Source: Anaerohalosphaeraceae bacterium (GTDB taxonomy: Bacteria; Planctomycetota; Phycisphaerae; Sedimentisphaerales; Anaerohalosphaeraceae). Taken from it: a DNA stretch of 64,000 nt. The translations under genes were made by a program, and so were the position numbers. The DNA lies in the NCBI GenBank assembly GCA_963675525.2, contig CAXXSL010000001.1, positions 256,001 to 320,000 of the forward strand, read 5' to 3'. A model generated the notes under the pieces. That model saw nothing but the letters and a program-made list of their open reading frames with translations. It made no database searches and had not been told where the DNA came from. The number at the start of each line of letters is the position of its first letter. The stretch's first letter is position 1. Of this stretch, positions 21,651 to 30,601 are shown in pieces.

Positions 21651-21691
21651 GGTAACGCCGGCATCTTGCCGGCAGTTTTGAAAAGAACTGT

Positions 21692-22087
21692 TTGGAATTT
21701 TCGATTGTGAAAAAGACGATAGAGGAAATAGCCAAAGAAGACGGTCGCTTTGATATGCGGGGCCTGAAGTTTGTTTTTGAGGGATTGGCGGCGACGATCG
21801 ATAAATTCCGTCAACAGGAAGACCTTGAAGCCATGCCGCGTCATATCACGGGCCAGGAACTGTCCTGGGGGCTGGCCGAAGTTGCGCAAAAGCGCTGGGG
21901 GCGACTGGCGGCGATGGTGCTGGGGCAGTGGGGCATTCATTCAACGCGAGATATGGGTGAGATCGTGTACCTGATGATCGACAACGGATGGATGAGTTCG
22001 CAGGATACGGACACGATTGAGGATTTCGAACATGTCTTTGATTTCACCGAAGTCTTCGAAAAGCAATACACGATCGAAATTCGATAG
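21692..22087 (+). CDS. Minf_1886-like PVC conserved hypothetical protein
   Basis: RHITGQEL, WGIHSTRDMGEIVY and DFEHVFDF motifs. Confidence 0.8.
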   Translation: MEFSIVKKTIEEIAKEDGRFDMRGLKFVFEGLAATIDKFRQQEDLEAMPRHITGQELSWGLAEVAQKRWGRLAAMVLGQWGIHSTRDMGEIVYLMIDNGWMSSQDTDTIEDFEHVFDFTEVFEKQYTIEIR

Positions 22088-22092
22088 GCCTC

Positions 22093-23214
22093 TTACGCCA
22101 ACACTCCGGCAATTAGTTTTTTATAATAGTCTTTCGCCTTTTCCATCTGTGCGATTTCGATGTATTCATTGGGTTTATGACAAAGGCTTCCGCTGCCGGG
22201 GCCGAAGATGATGACGGGGGCGTTCAGTTTTTTGAAGTAGGGGCCGTCCGTGGTGAATCCGGCGGCACTTGTTTCGTTGATCCCGGTGGCCGCACAGACC
22301 GCTTTTACGAATGGGTCGTCGGCGTCTGTTTCCAAAGCGTCGGCGGCACGGATAATTGAAATATCAGCTTTAAAGTCCGGGTCATTTCTATGCAATTCAT
22401 CACAGATAGTCCGCAGGCTGGTGATAATGTCATCCCGGCTTTGGCCGGGCAGCGTGCGGATATCCAGTTCGACCGAGCAGTTGTCGGGAACAATATTGGT
22501 TCCCGTGCCGCCGGCGATGCGGTTAGTGCTCATCGAGCAGTTGCCGAGCAGCGCATGGGGCGTGTGGGGAATTTTGTAGACTTTGAGCCGGTTCAGAAAC
22601 GCATTCATTTTTTCAATCGCATTAATGCCCAGATGCGGCATGGAACCATGTGCGGTCTTGCCTTCGGTTTCGACCTTCAGCCACAGGATTCCCCGGTGTG
22701 CCCGTAATATTTCCAGACCGGTCGGCTCCGGGATCAGAATACCGATTGGATTGGCGATTTTATCGCGATATGTCTCAATAAACTGCTTAACGCCGCAACT
22801 GTCCGTTTCTTCGCCTGCGGTGGCGGTGAAAATAACTCGGCGGTTCAGTTCAATGCCGGATTGGGCCATTTCGACGATGGCAGCGGCTGCCGCACAAATC
22901 CCCCCCTGCATATCACAGGAACCCCGGCCGTAAATGTTGCCGTCCATTTCAACCGCTTCAAACGGATCGCTGTTCCACTTGTCCGCCGAAGCCGGAACGA
23001 CGTCACTATGCACACCTATTACCAGAGTCGGCGTTTCGGGGGTGTCGGGGCCGATGGTCGCGACCAGATTGGCACGATTTTCATTCCAGCAGTCTAATTC
23101 CGCAGAAATACCATGATCGTGAAAATAATTCTCCAGAACCTGGGCCGTCTTAAGTTCCCCATTTTCACATGTCGGGGCCGTAGCAATCAGTTTTTTGAGC
23201 AGATTTTTCATCAT
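22093..23214 (-). CDS. M20 family metallopeptidase (ArgE/DapE-like)
   Basis: HSDVVP, YGRGSCDM, GEE, PEPT, AHGS and C-terminal H-x-PNEY. Confidence 0.92.
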   Translation of the reverse strand: MMKNLLKKLIATAPTCENGELKTAQVLENYFHDHGISAELDCWNENRANLVATIGPDTPETPTLVIGVHSDVVPASADKWNSDPFEAVEMDGNIYGRGSCDMQGGICAAAAAIVEMAQSGIELNRRVIFTATAGEETDSCGVKQFIETYRDKIANPIGILIPEPTGLEILRAHRGILWLKVETEGKTAHGSMPHLGINAIEKMNAFLNRLKVYKIPHTPHALLGNCSMSTNRIAGGTGTNIVPDNCSVELDIRTLPGQSRDDIITSLRTICDELHRNDPDFKADISIIRAADALETDADDPFVKAVCAATGINETSAAGFTTDGPYFKKLNAPVIIFGPGSGSLCHKPNEYIEIAQMEKAKDYYKKLIAGVLA

Positions 23215-23384
23215 TGAATCCGGAATTCCCACATTAAAGAATGGATTTTACCGTGCTGAGTGTGCCATAACGAGCAAAAATAGCAAAAATGCAAAAAAAT
23301 TTTGTTGCAGAACACTTTTTAAACAGGATAATAGTCTTTTCGTGCAGTTGCTGGGGGAATGTTAACAAGTTAAAAGGATATTGA

Positions 23385-24116
23385 ATGGGACCGGTTCTAC
23401 ATGGTTTGATAAAATTACAGCGTGTGGAAAATCGCCTCCGTGCGGTCAAGACAAAATTGACCCGAAGCCGACGGGGCGTCATCTTTCAGGAAAACCAACT
23501 CCGTACGCTGCAGAGCGGACTTGAAGCAAAGCTGGGAGAAATCAAACTGACCAAGATCCAGGTAGATCGCCTGGAACTGGAACTCAAGAGCCGGGATGAG
23601 CACATCGAAAAACTCCGCGGTCACTTAAATCTCGCACGTACCAACAAGGAATATTCCGCGCTCCTGACCGAACTGAATACCGCCAAGGCCGATGATTCCA
23701 AGCTTGAAACGCAGGTGTTGGAACTGATGAAGAATATCGAGACCGACGAAGCGGCCTGTGCCGAACTCAAAAAGCAGATCGAAGAACAAAAGATCAAAAT
23801 GGAAGAGATTCGTAGCGAGGCCGAGGCCAAAGCTTCGGCGTTCCAAAAAGAGATCGACGATATGCAGGCCGAGTGGGATGCGGCAGCCAAGGAAGTCACC
23901 AATAAAAACGCATTAGCCATTTTCGAGCGGGTGGCGGAAACCTATGACGGCGAAGCCATGGCCGAAGTGGGAGGAGTGGAAGAGAATTCAAGCTCTTTCA
24001 GTTGCGGCGGGTGTTTTATGGGAATCCCTGCTGAAGTGGTGAACGTCCTCAGCAGTCACGACGAGATTGTTCGCTGCTCAAACTGTACGCGAATTTTGTA
24101 TCTGAAAGAGGCATAA
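23385..24116 (+). CDS. C4-type zinc ribbon coiled-coil protein (DUF164-like)
   Basis: Long coiled coil, TNKEYSAL and CGGC...CSNCTRIL. Confidence 0.9.
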   Translation: MGPVLHGLIKLQRVENRLRAVKTKLTRSRRGVIFQENQLRTLQSGLEAKLGEIKLTKIQVDRLELELKSRDEHIEKLRGHLNLARTNKEYSALLTELNTAKADDSKLETQVLELMKNIETDEAACAELKKQIEEQKIKMEEIRSEAEAKASAFQKEIDDMQAEWDAAAKEVTNKNALAIFERVAETYDGEAMAEVGGVEENSSSFSCGGCFMGIPAEVVNVLSSHDEIVRCSNCTRILYLKEA

Positions 24117-24131
24117 AAACCGATTAACGAT

Positions 24132-24167
24132 AAAGCCGGCGAAACCCTAAGGGCGTCGGCTTTTTTT
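24132..24167 (+). terminator. Rho-independent terminator
   Basis: aaagccggcg...cgtcggc followed by T7. Confidence 0.65.
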
Positions 24168-24183
24168 ATGGATTAAGGGCGAT

Positions 24184-25245
24184 ATGAGCAAACAGGTAAT
24201 TATTCATACCGATGGCGGCAGCCGAGGCAACCCCGGCCCCGGGGGAGCGGGATTTACTCTGGAAGACGAAAAGGGCAATGCGCTGAAGTCCTGCGGGCTT
24301 TATCTGGGAAGAACCACGAATAATGTTGCCGAATACACCGCCATTAAAGAAGCACTGAAAGCCGCCGGAGAGCTCGGCGCCGAATCCGTTAAGTTATTCA
24401 GCGACAGCGAATTGCTGGTGCGGCAGTTGAACGGTCAATACAAAGTCAAAAGCCCGAATCTCAAACCGTTTTACGCCGACTGCATGGAACTGTTGGGTGA
24501 GTTTAAGGCATGGCAGGTGATGCATGTGTACCGTGAGCAAAACTCCCGCGCCGATGCACTGGCCAACGAGGCGATGGATAAAAAAGCGGACGTTCAGTAT
24601 GGCCCCGCGGCGGCTGCAGAGCCCAAGGGAAAAAAGCTTCGGCTGGGAATTCTGCTCAGCGGCGGCGGACGGACGATGGTGAATATTCAGGACGAAATTA
24701 ATGCGGGACGCCTGAATGCCGAGATCGTACTGGTCATTAGTTCCCGTTCGGAAGTCAAAGGCAACGAACGTGCCTGTAAAATAGGACTGGAGCCCGTTAT
24801 CATTCGTAAGAAGGATTATCCTGAGCTTGCCGATTTCAGTAAGCGTATTGAAAAGGAACTGGATAAAGCTAACGTCGATCTGGTTGTTCAGGCCGGTTGG
24901 CTGTGTCTGTGGCATATCCCGGCCGATTATAAGAACCGCGTGATGAATATTCACCCGGCACTGCTGCCCAGTTTCGGCGGGCAGGGCATGTGGGGCCATC
25001 ATGTCCATGAGGCGGTACTGAAAGCCGGCTGCAAGGTTTCCGGCTGCACGGTACATTTCTGCACGAACGAATACGACGCCGGACCGATCATCGTCCAGCG
25101 GACCTGTGAAGTTAAGGATGATGACGATGCGGACACATTGGCATCACGCGTATTTCAGCAGGAATGCCTGGCCTACCCGGAGGCGATTCAGCTATTCGCC
25201 GAGGATCGTCTGCAGGTTTCCGGCGGCATTGTTAAACGCATTTAA
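24184..25245 (+). CDS. purN: Fusion of ribonuclease HI and phosphoribosylglycinamide formyltransferase
   Basis: N-terminus: DGGSRGNPG, TNNVAEY, DSELL, REQNSRADALAN. C-terminus: LLSGGGR, NIHPALLPSFGG, SGCTVHF, YDAGPII. Confidence 0.92.
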   Translation: MSKQVIIHTDGGSRGNPGPGGAGFTLEDEKGNALKSCGLYLGRTTNNVAEYTAIKEALKAAGELGAESVKLFSDSELLVRQLNGQYKVKSPNLKPFYADCMELLGEFKAWQVMHVYREQNSRADALANEAMDKKADVQYGPAAAAEPKGKKLRLGILLSGGGRTMVNIQDEINAGRLNAEIVLVISSRSEVKGNERACKIGLEPVIIRKKDYPELADFSKRIEKELDKANVDLVVQAGWLCLWHIPADYKNRVMNIHPALLPSFGGQGMWGHHVHEAVLKAGCKVSGCTVHFCTNEYDAGPIIVQRTCEVKDDDDADTLASRVFQQECLAYPEAIQLFAEDRLQVSGGIVKRI

Positions 25246-25293
25246 CTGCCGGGACAGCATGCAGGGGCCAATTGCACGGAGCTATAACAGCGT

Positions 25294-26688
25294 ATGTTTG
25301 GACAATCCATTCAGCATCGTTTATTAAAATTGAGCCGACCGGACCATATAGAGCATCGCAGTGATCGTGCGTTATTGGTTTGGAAAGATATTCCGCACTG
25401 GATGGTGGTCGATGGGGAGATGAAGACATTTCTCTTTTTGTTCGAAGATACCCGGAATTTTTCTGAAATGATCCGCAAAAACCCCCATCTTCAGCCTCAT
25501 CAAAAAGAACTGCTTGGCGTTGTTAAAGATCTGCATAAAAAAGGCGTTTTGACCAGTGTTGATGTCGCAGAGCTTAAGAATAAATCATTGAATTCGCTTT
25601 TGCCGATTGAAAACATCGCATGGAATCTTACCCACACATGCAATCTGCGGTGCCGGTATTGCTATTATGCCGACAGCCTGAATCATTCAAACGGCAGCGA
25701 GCTTTCGGCGGATGAAGTCATCAGCTTTCTTAAAATCGTCAAGCCGTTTATTTCCAAACGCGCAACCCTGACGGTATTGGGTGGTGAGCCGCTGTTGTAT
25801 CCTGATAAGCTGATTGAAGTCTGCCGATTTGCACGCAAGATGCGAATGAATCCGCTGATCTCCACGAATGGGACGCTGATCGATGATGCCTTTGCCAAAG
25901 AAGCCAAGCGGATTGGGCTGGAGATTCAGGTTTCTCTTGACGGTCCCGATGCCGAAATGAATGACCCGTTACGGGGTGCGGGAACATTTGAGAAAATCCG
26001 AAAAGGCGTGGCGATTCTGAATAAGCATGATGTGCATACGATTCTCAGTATGGTGTGCTGTCGAAGTAATTTCGATTCGTTGAAAGATTTTCTGGATTTG
26101 GCAATTGAATGGGGCGTTGCCGAGGCCCGGTTTATCCCGCTTAAACAGATGGGCGGGGCCAAGTCCGAAGCGATGGAAATGGTTTCGCATTATGAAATTG
26201 TTACGAAGGCGTATCAACTGCTTAAAGCCTATCCAGCGTATCGGGATTTACTGGGGCGGGATTGCCTGTCGATTCTTGCCAATACCTGCCGGTATTCAGC
26301 CCGGCGGGATTCCTGCGGCACCGGTTTGCAGACGTTTTTGCTGGATGCCGACGGGGCGTTGTATCCGTGCCTGAATCTGAATCAACCGGCGTATGTGTTC
26401 GGTAACATCCGCGATAAATCGCTCGATTTTGCGAAAATTTGGAAAAAACACGAATCCCTGGGTAACATTCGCACCTGCACAAGCGTCCATAATACAGAGA
26501 GGCCTTGCAGCAACTGTTTGGTGAAGTATTGGTGCCTGGGCGGATGCCGGGGCGAGACTGTGGTCAATACGGGGGATTTAAAAGCTCAAAGTATCCATTG
26601 CGATGACTTAAAAAAGACGATCCTTGAAATATTCTGGATTCTTGCGGAAAATCCCGATATGATAAAAGCATACGAGCAAATGGGCTAA
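25294..26688 (+). CDS. Radical SAM/SPASM domain protein with putative N-terminal RRE
   Basis: CNLRCRYC, GGEPLL, ISTNGTL and QVSLDG. SPASM CGTG...DGALYPC and CSNC-x5-CLGGC...C. A roughly 100-aa N-terminal extension ends in DLHKKGVL. Confidence 0.93.
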   Translation: MFGQSIQHRLLKLSRPDHIEHRSDRALLVWKDIPHWMVVDGEMKTFLFLFEDTRNFSEMIRKNPHLQPHQKELLGVVKDLHKKGVLTSVDVAELKNKSLNSLLPIENIAWNLTHTCNLRCRYCYYADSLNHSNGSELSADEVISFLKIVKPFISKRATLTVLGGEPLLYPDKLIEVCRFARKMRMNPLISTNGTLIDDAFAKEAKRIGLEIQVSLDGPDAEMNDPLRGAGTFEKIRKGVAILNKHDVHTILSMVCCRSNFDSLKDFLDLAIEWGVAEARFIPLKQMGGAKSEAMEMVSHYEIVTKAYQLLKAYPAYRDLLGRDCLSILANTCRYSARRDSCGTGLQTFLLDADGALYPCLNLNQPAYVFGNIRDKSLDFAKIWKKHESLGNIRTCTSVHNTERPCSNCLVKYWCLGGCRGETVVNTGDLKAQSIHCDDLKKTILEIFWILAENPDMIKAYEQMG

Positions 26689-26699
26689 AGGAGCGTACA

Positions 26700-27008
26700 A
26701 TGCAGGTATTTGGGCAAAGTTCGACAGTGCTGGCCGAGTCGAAACCTCCCTATGTTCATCTGGGATACATGTCCGCCTGTCCAAGCACGGGATTCGGAGT
26801 ATTCGATTTTGAGTTATTTGGTCCCGGGGTAATTTTGTTTTTGGTGGGTTATCTGATCGCGATGAAGATCAATTACGGTTGGCTCATCGGCGGCATCGCG
26901 GGGTTGTTAAAGAAATTCGGGCTTCTCAAAATTCTGGCAGCGATTCTATCTATGCTGTTGCTTTTTGCGACCGTCTTTGTATGCTATTTCGCGTGGATGT
27001 TTGATTAA
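26700..27008 (+). CDS. Small membrane protein with GQS...PYVHLGY leader (putative rSAM substrate)
   Basis: AAGGAG RBS overlaps the rSAM stop. Leader shared with the next gene, followed by 2-3 hydrophobic segments. Confidence 0.8.
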   Translation: MQVFGQSSTVLAESKPPYVHLGYMSACPSTGFGVFDFELFGPGVILFLVGYLIAMKINYGWLIGGIAGLLKKFGLLKILAAILSMLLLFATVFVCYFAWMFD

Positions 27009-27056
27009 AGAAGACATGAATACAAGGACGCAAGTATACAAGGAAGGATAGCCGGC

Positions 27057-27827
27057 ATGGAAATCCTCGGACAAAGCACGAAAGCAACCACACAGCATCC
27101 TTATATGCATTTGGGATATCTGGCAGCAAGCAACCGGGATGTATTTATGATTCCTTTAATTCCCGGATTATTATTGCTTGTTTTTGGGAGCCTTCAATTA
27201 TATTTTCGCAAGAAACGTTATTTCAAAGCAAGTATTGCTTCAATTATTGGGGGACTTATATTCCTTACGATGGCGATTTCGTTTTTCTTTGATAAACCGA
27301 ATATACCTTCAAGGATTCTAACCAGTATAAATTATCACGCTTTACACATATCATTGTCAAGTTTCGCCAAAGAGAACGACAATAACCTGCCAGATTCAAA
27401 GCACTGGTGTGATTTGTTAATTTCCGGAACTTATGCAGAACCGAAATATTTCACTCTTTCGGGTGTTAAAGAAGGTGAAAGTGCATATGCTTTGAATGAG
27501 AATGTCCTTAATCTGACATTGTCTGAAATTCCGGCGGATATGGTGCTTTTATTTGAAACCAATCTGGGGATTGAAGAGGAGCGGACAGGCAGTTTTCTTT
27601 CAAGAGATTACGTAAAGTCTTTGGGGATCGAAAAAGATCATAAGATATTCCAGAATCGCTGGAACCAAGTTGGCGGTGCGGAGGATATTACGACTGAATA
27701 TCACAAGGGAGAGGGGGCTTGTGTTTTGTTTGCCGGTGGACATTGCGAATTTGTAAAGACAGGAGATATTGCGACATTAAAATGGCATCCCGGAGAATCC
27801 GAGATGCCATTGGAAATATCTCAATAG
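27057..27827 (+). CDS. Membrane-anchored pilin-head-like protein with GQS...PYMHLGY leader and H-X9-DG-like motif
   Basis: Leader, two TM segments, then LSSFAKENDNNLP...WCDLL, YALN, MVLLFE, NQVGG and HKGEGACVLFAGGH. Confidence 0.8.
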   Translation: MEILGQSTKATTQHPYMHLGYLAASNRDVFMIPLIPGLLLLVFGSLQLYFRKKRYFKASIASIIGGLIFLTMAISFFFDKPNIPSRILTSINYHALHISLSSFAKENDNNLPDSKHWCDLLISGTYAEPKYFTLSGVKEGESAYALNENVLNLTLSEIPADMVLLFETNLGIEEERTGSFLSRDYVKSLGIEKDHKIFQNRWNQVGGAEDITTEYHKGEGACVLFAGGHCEFVKTGDIATLKWHPGESEMPLEISQ

Positions 27828-27871
27828 TGCAGGAAGTCAGAACACGCTAAAGCTTGAACTCTAACCCTGTT

Positions 27872-28945
27872 TTATTCTTTCCCATCCCAGAGGTAGAGCA
27901 GCCGCGGGGCGGCGAGTTTGTCCAGCAGTTCGCTTTCGATATTGATCGTTCCTTTTTTGCTCTGTGCTCCCATTATTGACCAGACAGAGAATTTTTGATT
28001 GTACTCAACAATCCGCGCATTGGATAGATGCGCCATTTCTTCTATTTTCGTGACCGCGGCGTCAAAGTAGCCGACCTCGTCGATCAGGCCCTTATCCATG
28101 GCTTCGGGAGCGGTGAAAATGCTGCCGTCGGCCAGTTGACGCACCTCGTGTTCGGCCAGGTTTGGGCGGCCTTCATCGACCAGGTTCACAAACCGGTCAT
28201 ACGCCGGGGTGATGATCTTTTCGCTGAGATACGTCTTTTGTTCGTCTGTCGGTTCATGGAACATACTGGGCCAGTCTTTGCGTTTGCCGCTCTTGATCGT
28301 GACCGGATTGATGCCGAGCTTTTCTTCGAGCAGTTCCTTGACGACCATATAGTTCATGATGACGCCGATGGAGCCGGTGATAGTGGTCGGTTCGGCCATG
28401 ATCTCATCGCAGGCGACCGCCGAGTAATAGCCGCCGGACGCGGCGACCGATTGCATGAATCCAAGGACGGGCTTGTTCGTGGTTTCTTTAAACCGGCTGA
28501 TACAGTAGTGGATCTGATCGCTGGCTGAAACCCCGCCGCCGGGACTGTTGATGCGGAGGATCAGGGCTTTTACATTGGTGTCATTTTCCGCACGTTCGAC
28601 CTGCATGTTGACCCACTTGCTCATTTCGCCGTCAATGATGCCGACGAGGTTGATGACCGCGATCTTCTGACGATGTGAACCATCCATCAGGATTCGTTCT
28701 TCCAGACCGTCATCGTGATAGCCGCCCCCGCTTCCGCCGGAGAGAACAGCACCCATGGCGATGATACCAATAAACATAATGCCGTTGGCCAGAACCGACA
28801 GGGTGATCACAATGCCCCAGAATATCTTCCAGCCGGAGCCCTTTTTCTTTTTGGGGTATGGGTTATACATCGGGGCCGTGAAGTCCGGGATGTTTGTGGC
28901 CGGCGGGGTCTGGGGGGCATTAGGGTCCTGTGTAAAATCGTCCAT
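27872..28945 (-). CDS. sppA: Signal peptide peptidase SppA (S49)
   Basis: INSPGG, AASGGYY, TITGSIGV and KSGKRKD, with an N-terminal TM anchor. Confidence 0.95.
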   Translation of the reverse strand: MDDFTQDPNAPQTPPATNIPDFTAPMYNPYPKKKKGSGWKIFWGIVITLSVLANGIMFIGIIAMGAVLSGGSGGGYHDDGLEERILMDGSHRQKIAVINLVGIIDGEMSKWVNMQVERAENDTNVKALILRINSPGGGVSASDQIHYCISRFKETTNKPVLGFMQSVAASGGYYSAVACDEIMAEPTTITGSIGVIMNYMVVKELLEEKLGINPVTIKSGKRKDWPSMFHEPTDEQKTYLSEKIITPAYDRFVNLVDEGRPNLAEHEVRQLADGSIFTAPEAMDKGLIDEVGYFDAAVTKIEEMAHLSNARIVEYNQKFSVWSIMGAQSKKGTINIESELLDKLAAPRLLYLWDGKE

Positions 28946-28989
28946 GGCATATCCTTTCTATAAGATGATAGCTTATTATTATCCGATTC

Positions 28990-29018
28990 ATTATAGACGC
29001 TTGGCATCGGGCTGTCAA
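28990..29018 (-). promoter_or_regulatory. Consensus sigma70 promoter of sppA
   Basis: TTGACA (29018-29013), 17 bp, TATAAT (28995-28990). Confidence 0.75.
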
Positions 29019-29025
29019 CCAAAGC

Positions 29026-29053
29026 TTGACAATTGAGCCGTTCTGTCCATAAT
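29026..29053 (+). promoter_or_regulatory. Divergent sigma70 promoter of the acyltransferase gene
   Basis: TTGACA (29026-29031), 16 bp, CATAAT (29048-29053). Confidence 0.55.
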
Positions 29054-29097
29054 AAGGCTCGCTTTTGATCCATTTACATTATAGACGAGTTTTCTTG

Positions 29098-30060
29098 ATG
29101 GCAGTTACGAAAAAAGAAAAGAAAAAGAAGAAAAAACAGCGAAATATTGTCGCCGACTGGCTGGGTTATGCCGCCATGCGGGTGGGGTTGTTTATTTTGT
29201 ACCTGTTTCCGGTGCGGTGGAACCTGCGGTTTGCGTGCTTTTTGGGTACGCAGATGTGGAAACACTACGAACGCGGGCGGATTCGGGCGCTGGATAATCT
29301 GCGGGCCAGTTTTCCGGAAAAAGACCTGGCCTGGCTTGAGAAAACCGGCCTGCGCAGCTTTCAGCAGATCGTGATGCTGACGATCGATGTGTTTTTTACG
29401 CCCAAGCTGGTGGATAAACATAACTGGAGCCAATACATCAAGCCAATCAATATCGAACGTGCCAAATGGATGTCCAGGGAGAACAAGGGCCTGCTGATGC
29501 TGACGGGCCATTACGGAAACTTTGAGATCATGGGCTATATGCTGGGTTCATTCTTCTATAATGTTTACAGCATTGCCCGGCCGCTGGATAATCCGTTCAT
29601 TAACGATTATCTGTATGGGATTCGTGAGCGAAAGGGCCAGAAGATCATTAATAAGAAAGGCGCCACCGAGGACATGACCCGGCTGGTCGAGGAAGGGGCG
29701 ACGCTGTGCTTTATCGCCGACCAGGACGCCGGACGCAAGGGGGTGTTCGTGGACTTCTTCGGACGCAAGGCCAGTTCGTACAAAAGTATCGGGCTGTTGG
29801 CCATCCAGTACAATCTGCCGATTGCGGTAGGCGGGTGCCGGCGGGTCGGCAATGACTACAAGTTCGAGATTGAGGTCAGCCGGATTATCGAACCGGCCGA
29901 ATGGGCCGACAAGGACAAGCCGCTGGACTGGGTGACACAGGAATACACGACCGCACTGGAAGACTTCATTCGCAAAGACCCCAGCCAATACTGGTGGCTG
30001 CACCGCCGCTGGAAAACAAGACCCAAAGAAGAGAGGAAAAAGTCAGGCAATAGGCAGTAG
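29098..30060 (+). CDS. Lipid A biosynthesis-type lysophospholipid acyltransferase (LpxL/HtrB family)
   Basis: GHYGNFE, RPLDNP, ADQD, VFVDFFG and PSQYWWLHRRWK. Confidence 0.92.
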   Translation: MAVTKKEKKKKKKQRNIVADWLGYAAMRVGLFILYLFPVRWNLRFACFLGTQMWKHYERGRIRALDNLRASFPEKDLAWLEKTGLRSFQQIVMLTIDVFFTPKLVDKHNWSQYIKPINIERAKWMSRENKGLLMLTGHYGNFEIMGYMLGSFFYNVYSIARPLDNPFINDYLYGIRERKGQKIINKKGATEDMTRLVEEGATLCFIADQDAGRKGVFVDFFGRKASSYKSIGLLAIQYNLPIAVGGCRRVGNDYKFEIEVSRIIEPAEWADKDKPLDWVTQEYTTALEDFIRKDPSQYWWLHRRWKTRPKEERKKSGNRQ

Positions 30061-30601
30061 AAAAAGCGTATTTCTTTGTTTTTGTGGGTTTAATGCCGTT
30101 TTTCTTGGTTTTTATGGCGCAAACATAGTCCAAAAGTGCGCCAGCATGCGCCCAAACGGCGCCAAAGTGTGCCAAAAGTGCGCCAAAGTTTGCCAAAACG
30201 ACACCATTTTTAACCGCTAATGCACGCGAATAACGCTAATTTTGAATTATGAATTTTTAATGTTGAATTGTGGAATGCCTGCGGCATGACTTTTTAGCCA
30301 AGCGAGGCAGGGCGGACAGTCTGCGTCCCCTGCGCTGGCGCTTCGGGCTTCTGTTCGGCTCCTTCACTTAATTTTTAAATAGCATCTCAATTTTCCCGTC
30401 TTCGCCGAGGCTTCCTCCTTCGCCTCCGGCTACGGCGGGACAAGCCGACGCAACAGGCGGTATTATACCATAAGTTAGATAAATGTCAAATATATAATTT
30501 TAAATTGTATATTGTAAATTGTCCATTGTGGTGGGATTTTTTTCTTGTTTCATCACGGGCAAGCATAGCTTGACCGTGTCACTCGAGGGGTTATCTGAGA
30601 A

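Noticed and set aside
26700..26790. Lipoprotein signal (MSAC) or spliceotide YG motif in the leader
   Set aside because: No hydrophobic stretch precedes the Cys and the second protein lacks it. The conserved order is GY, not the YG used by spliceases.
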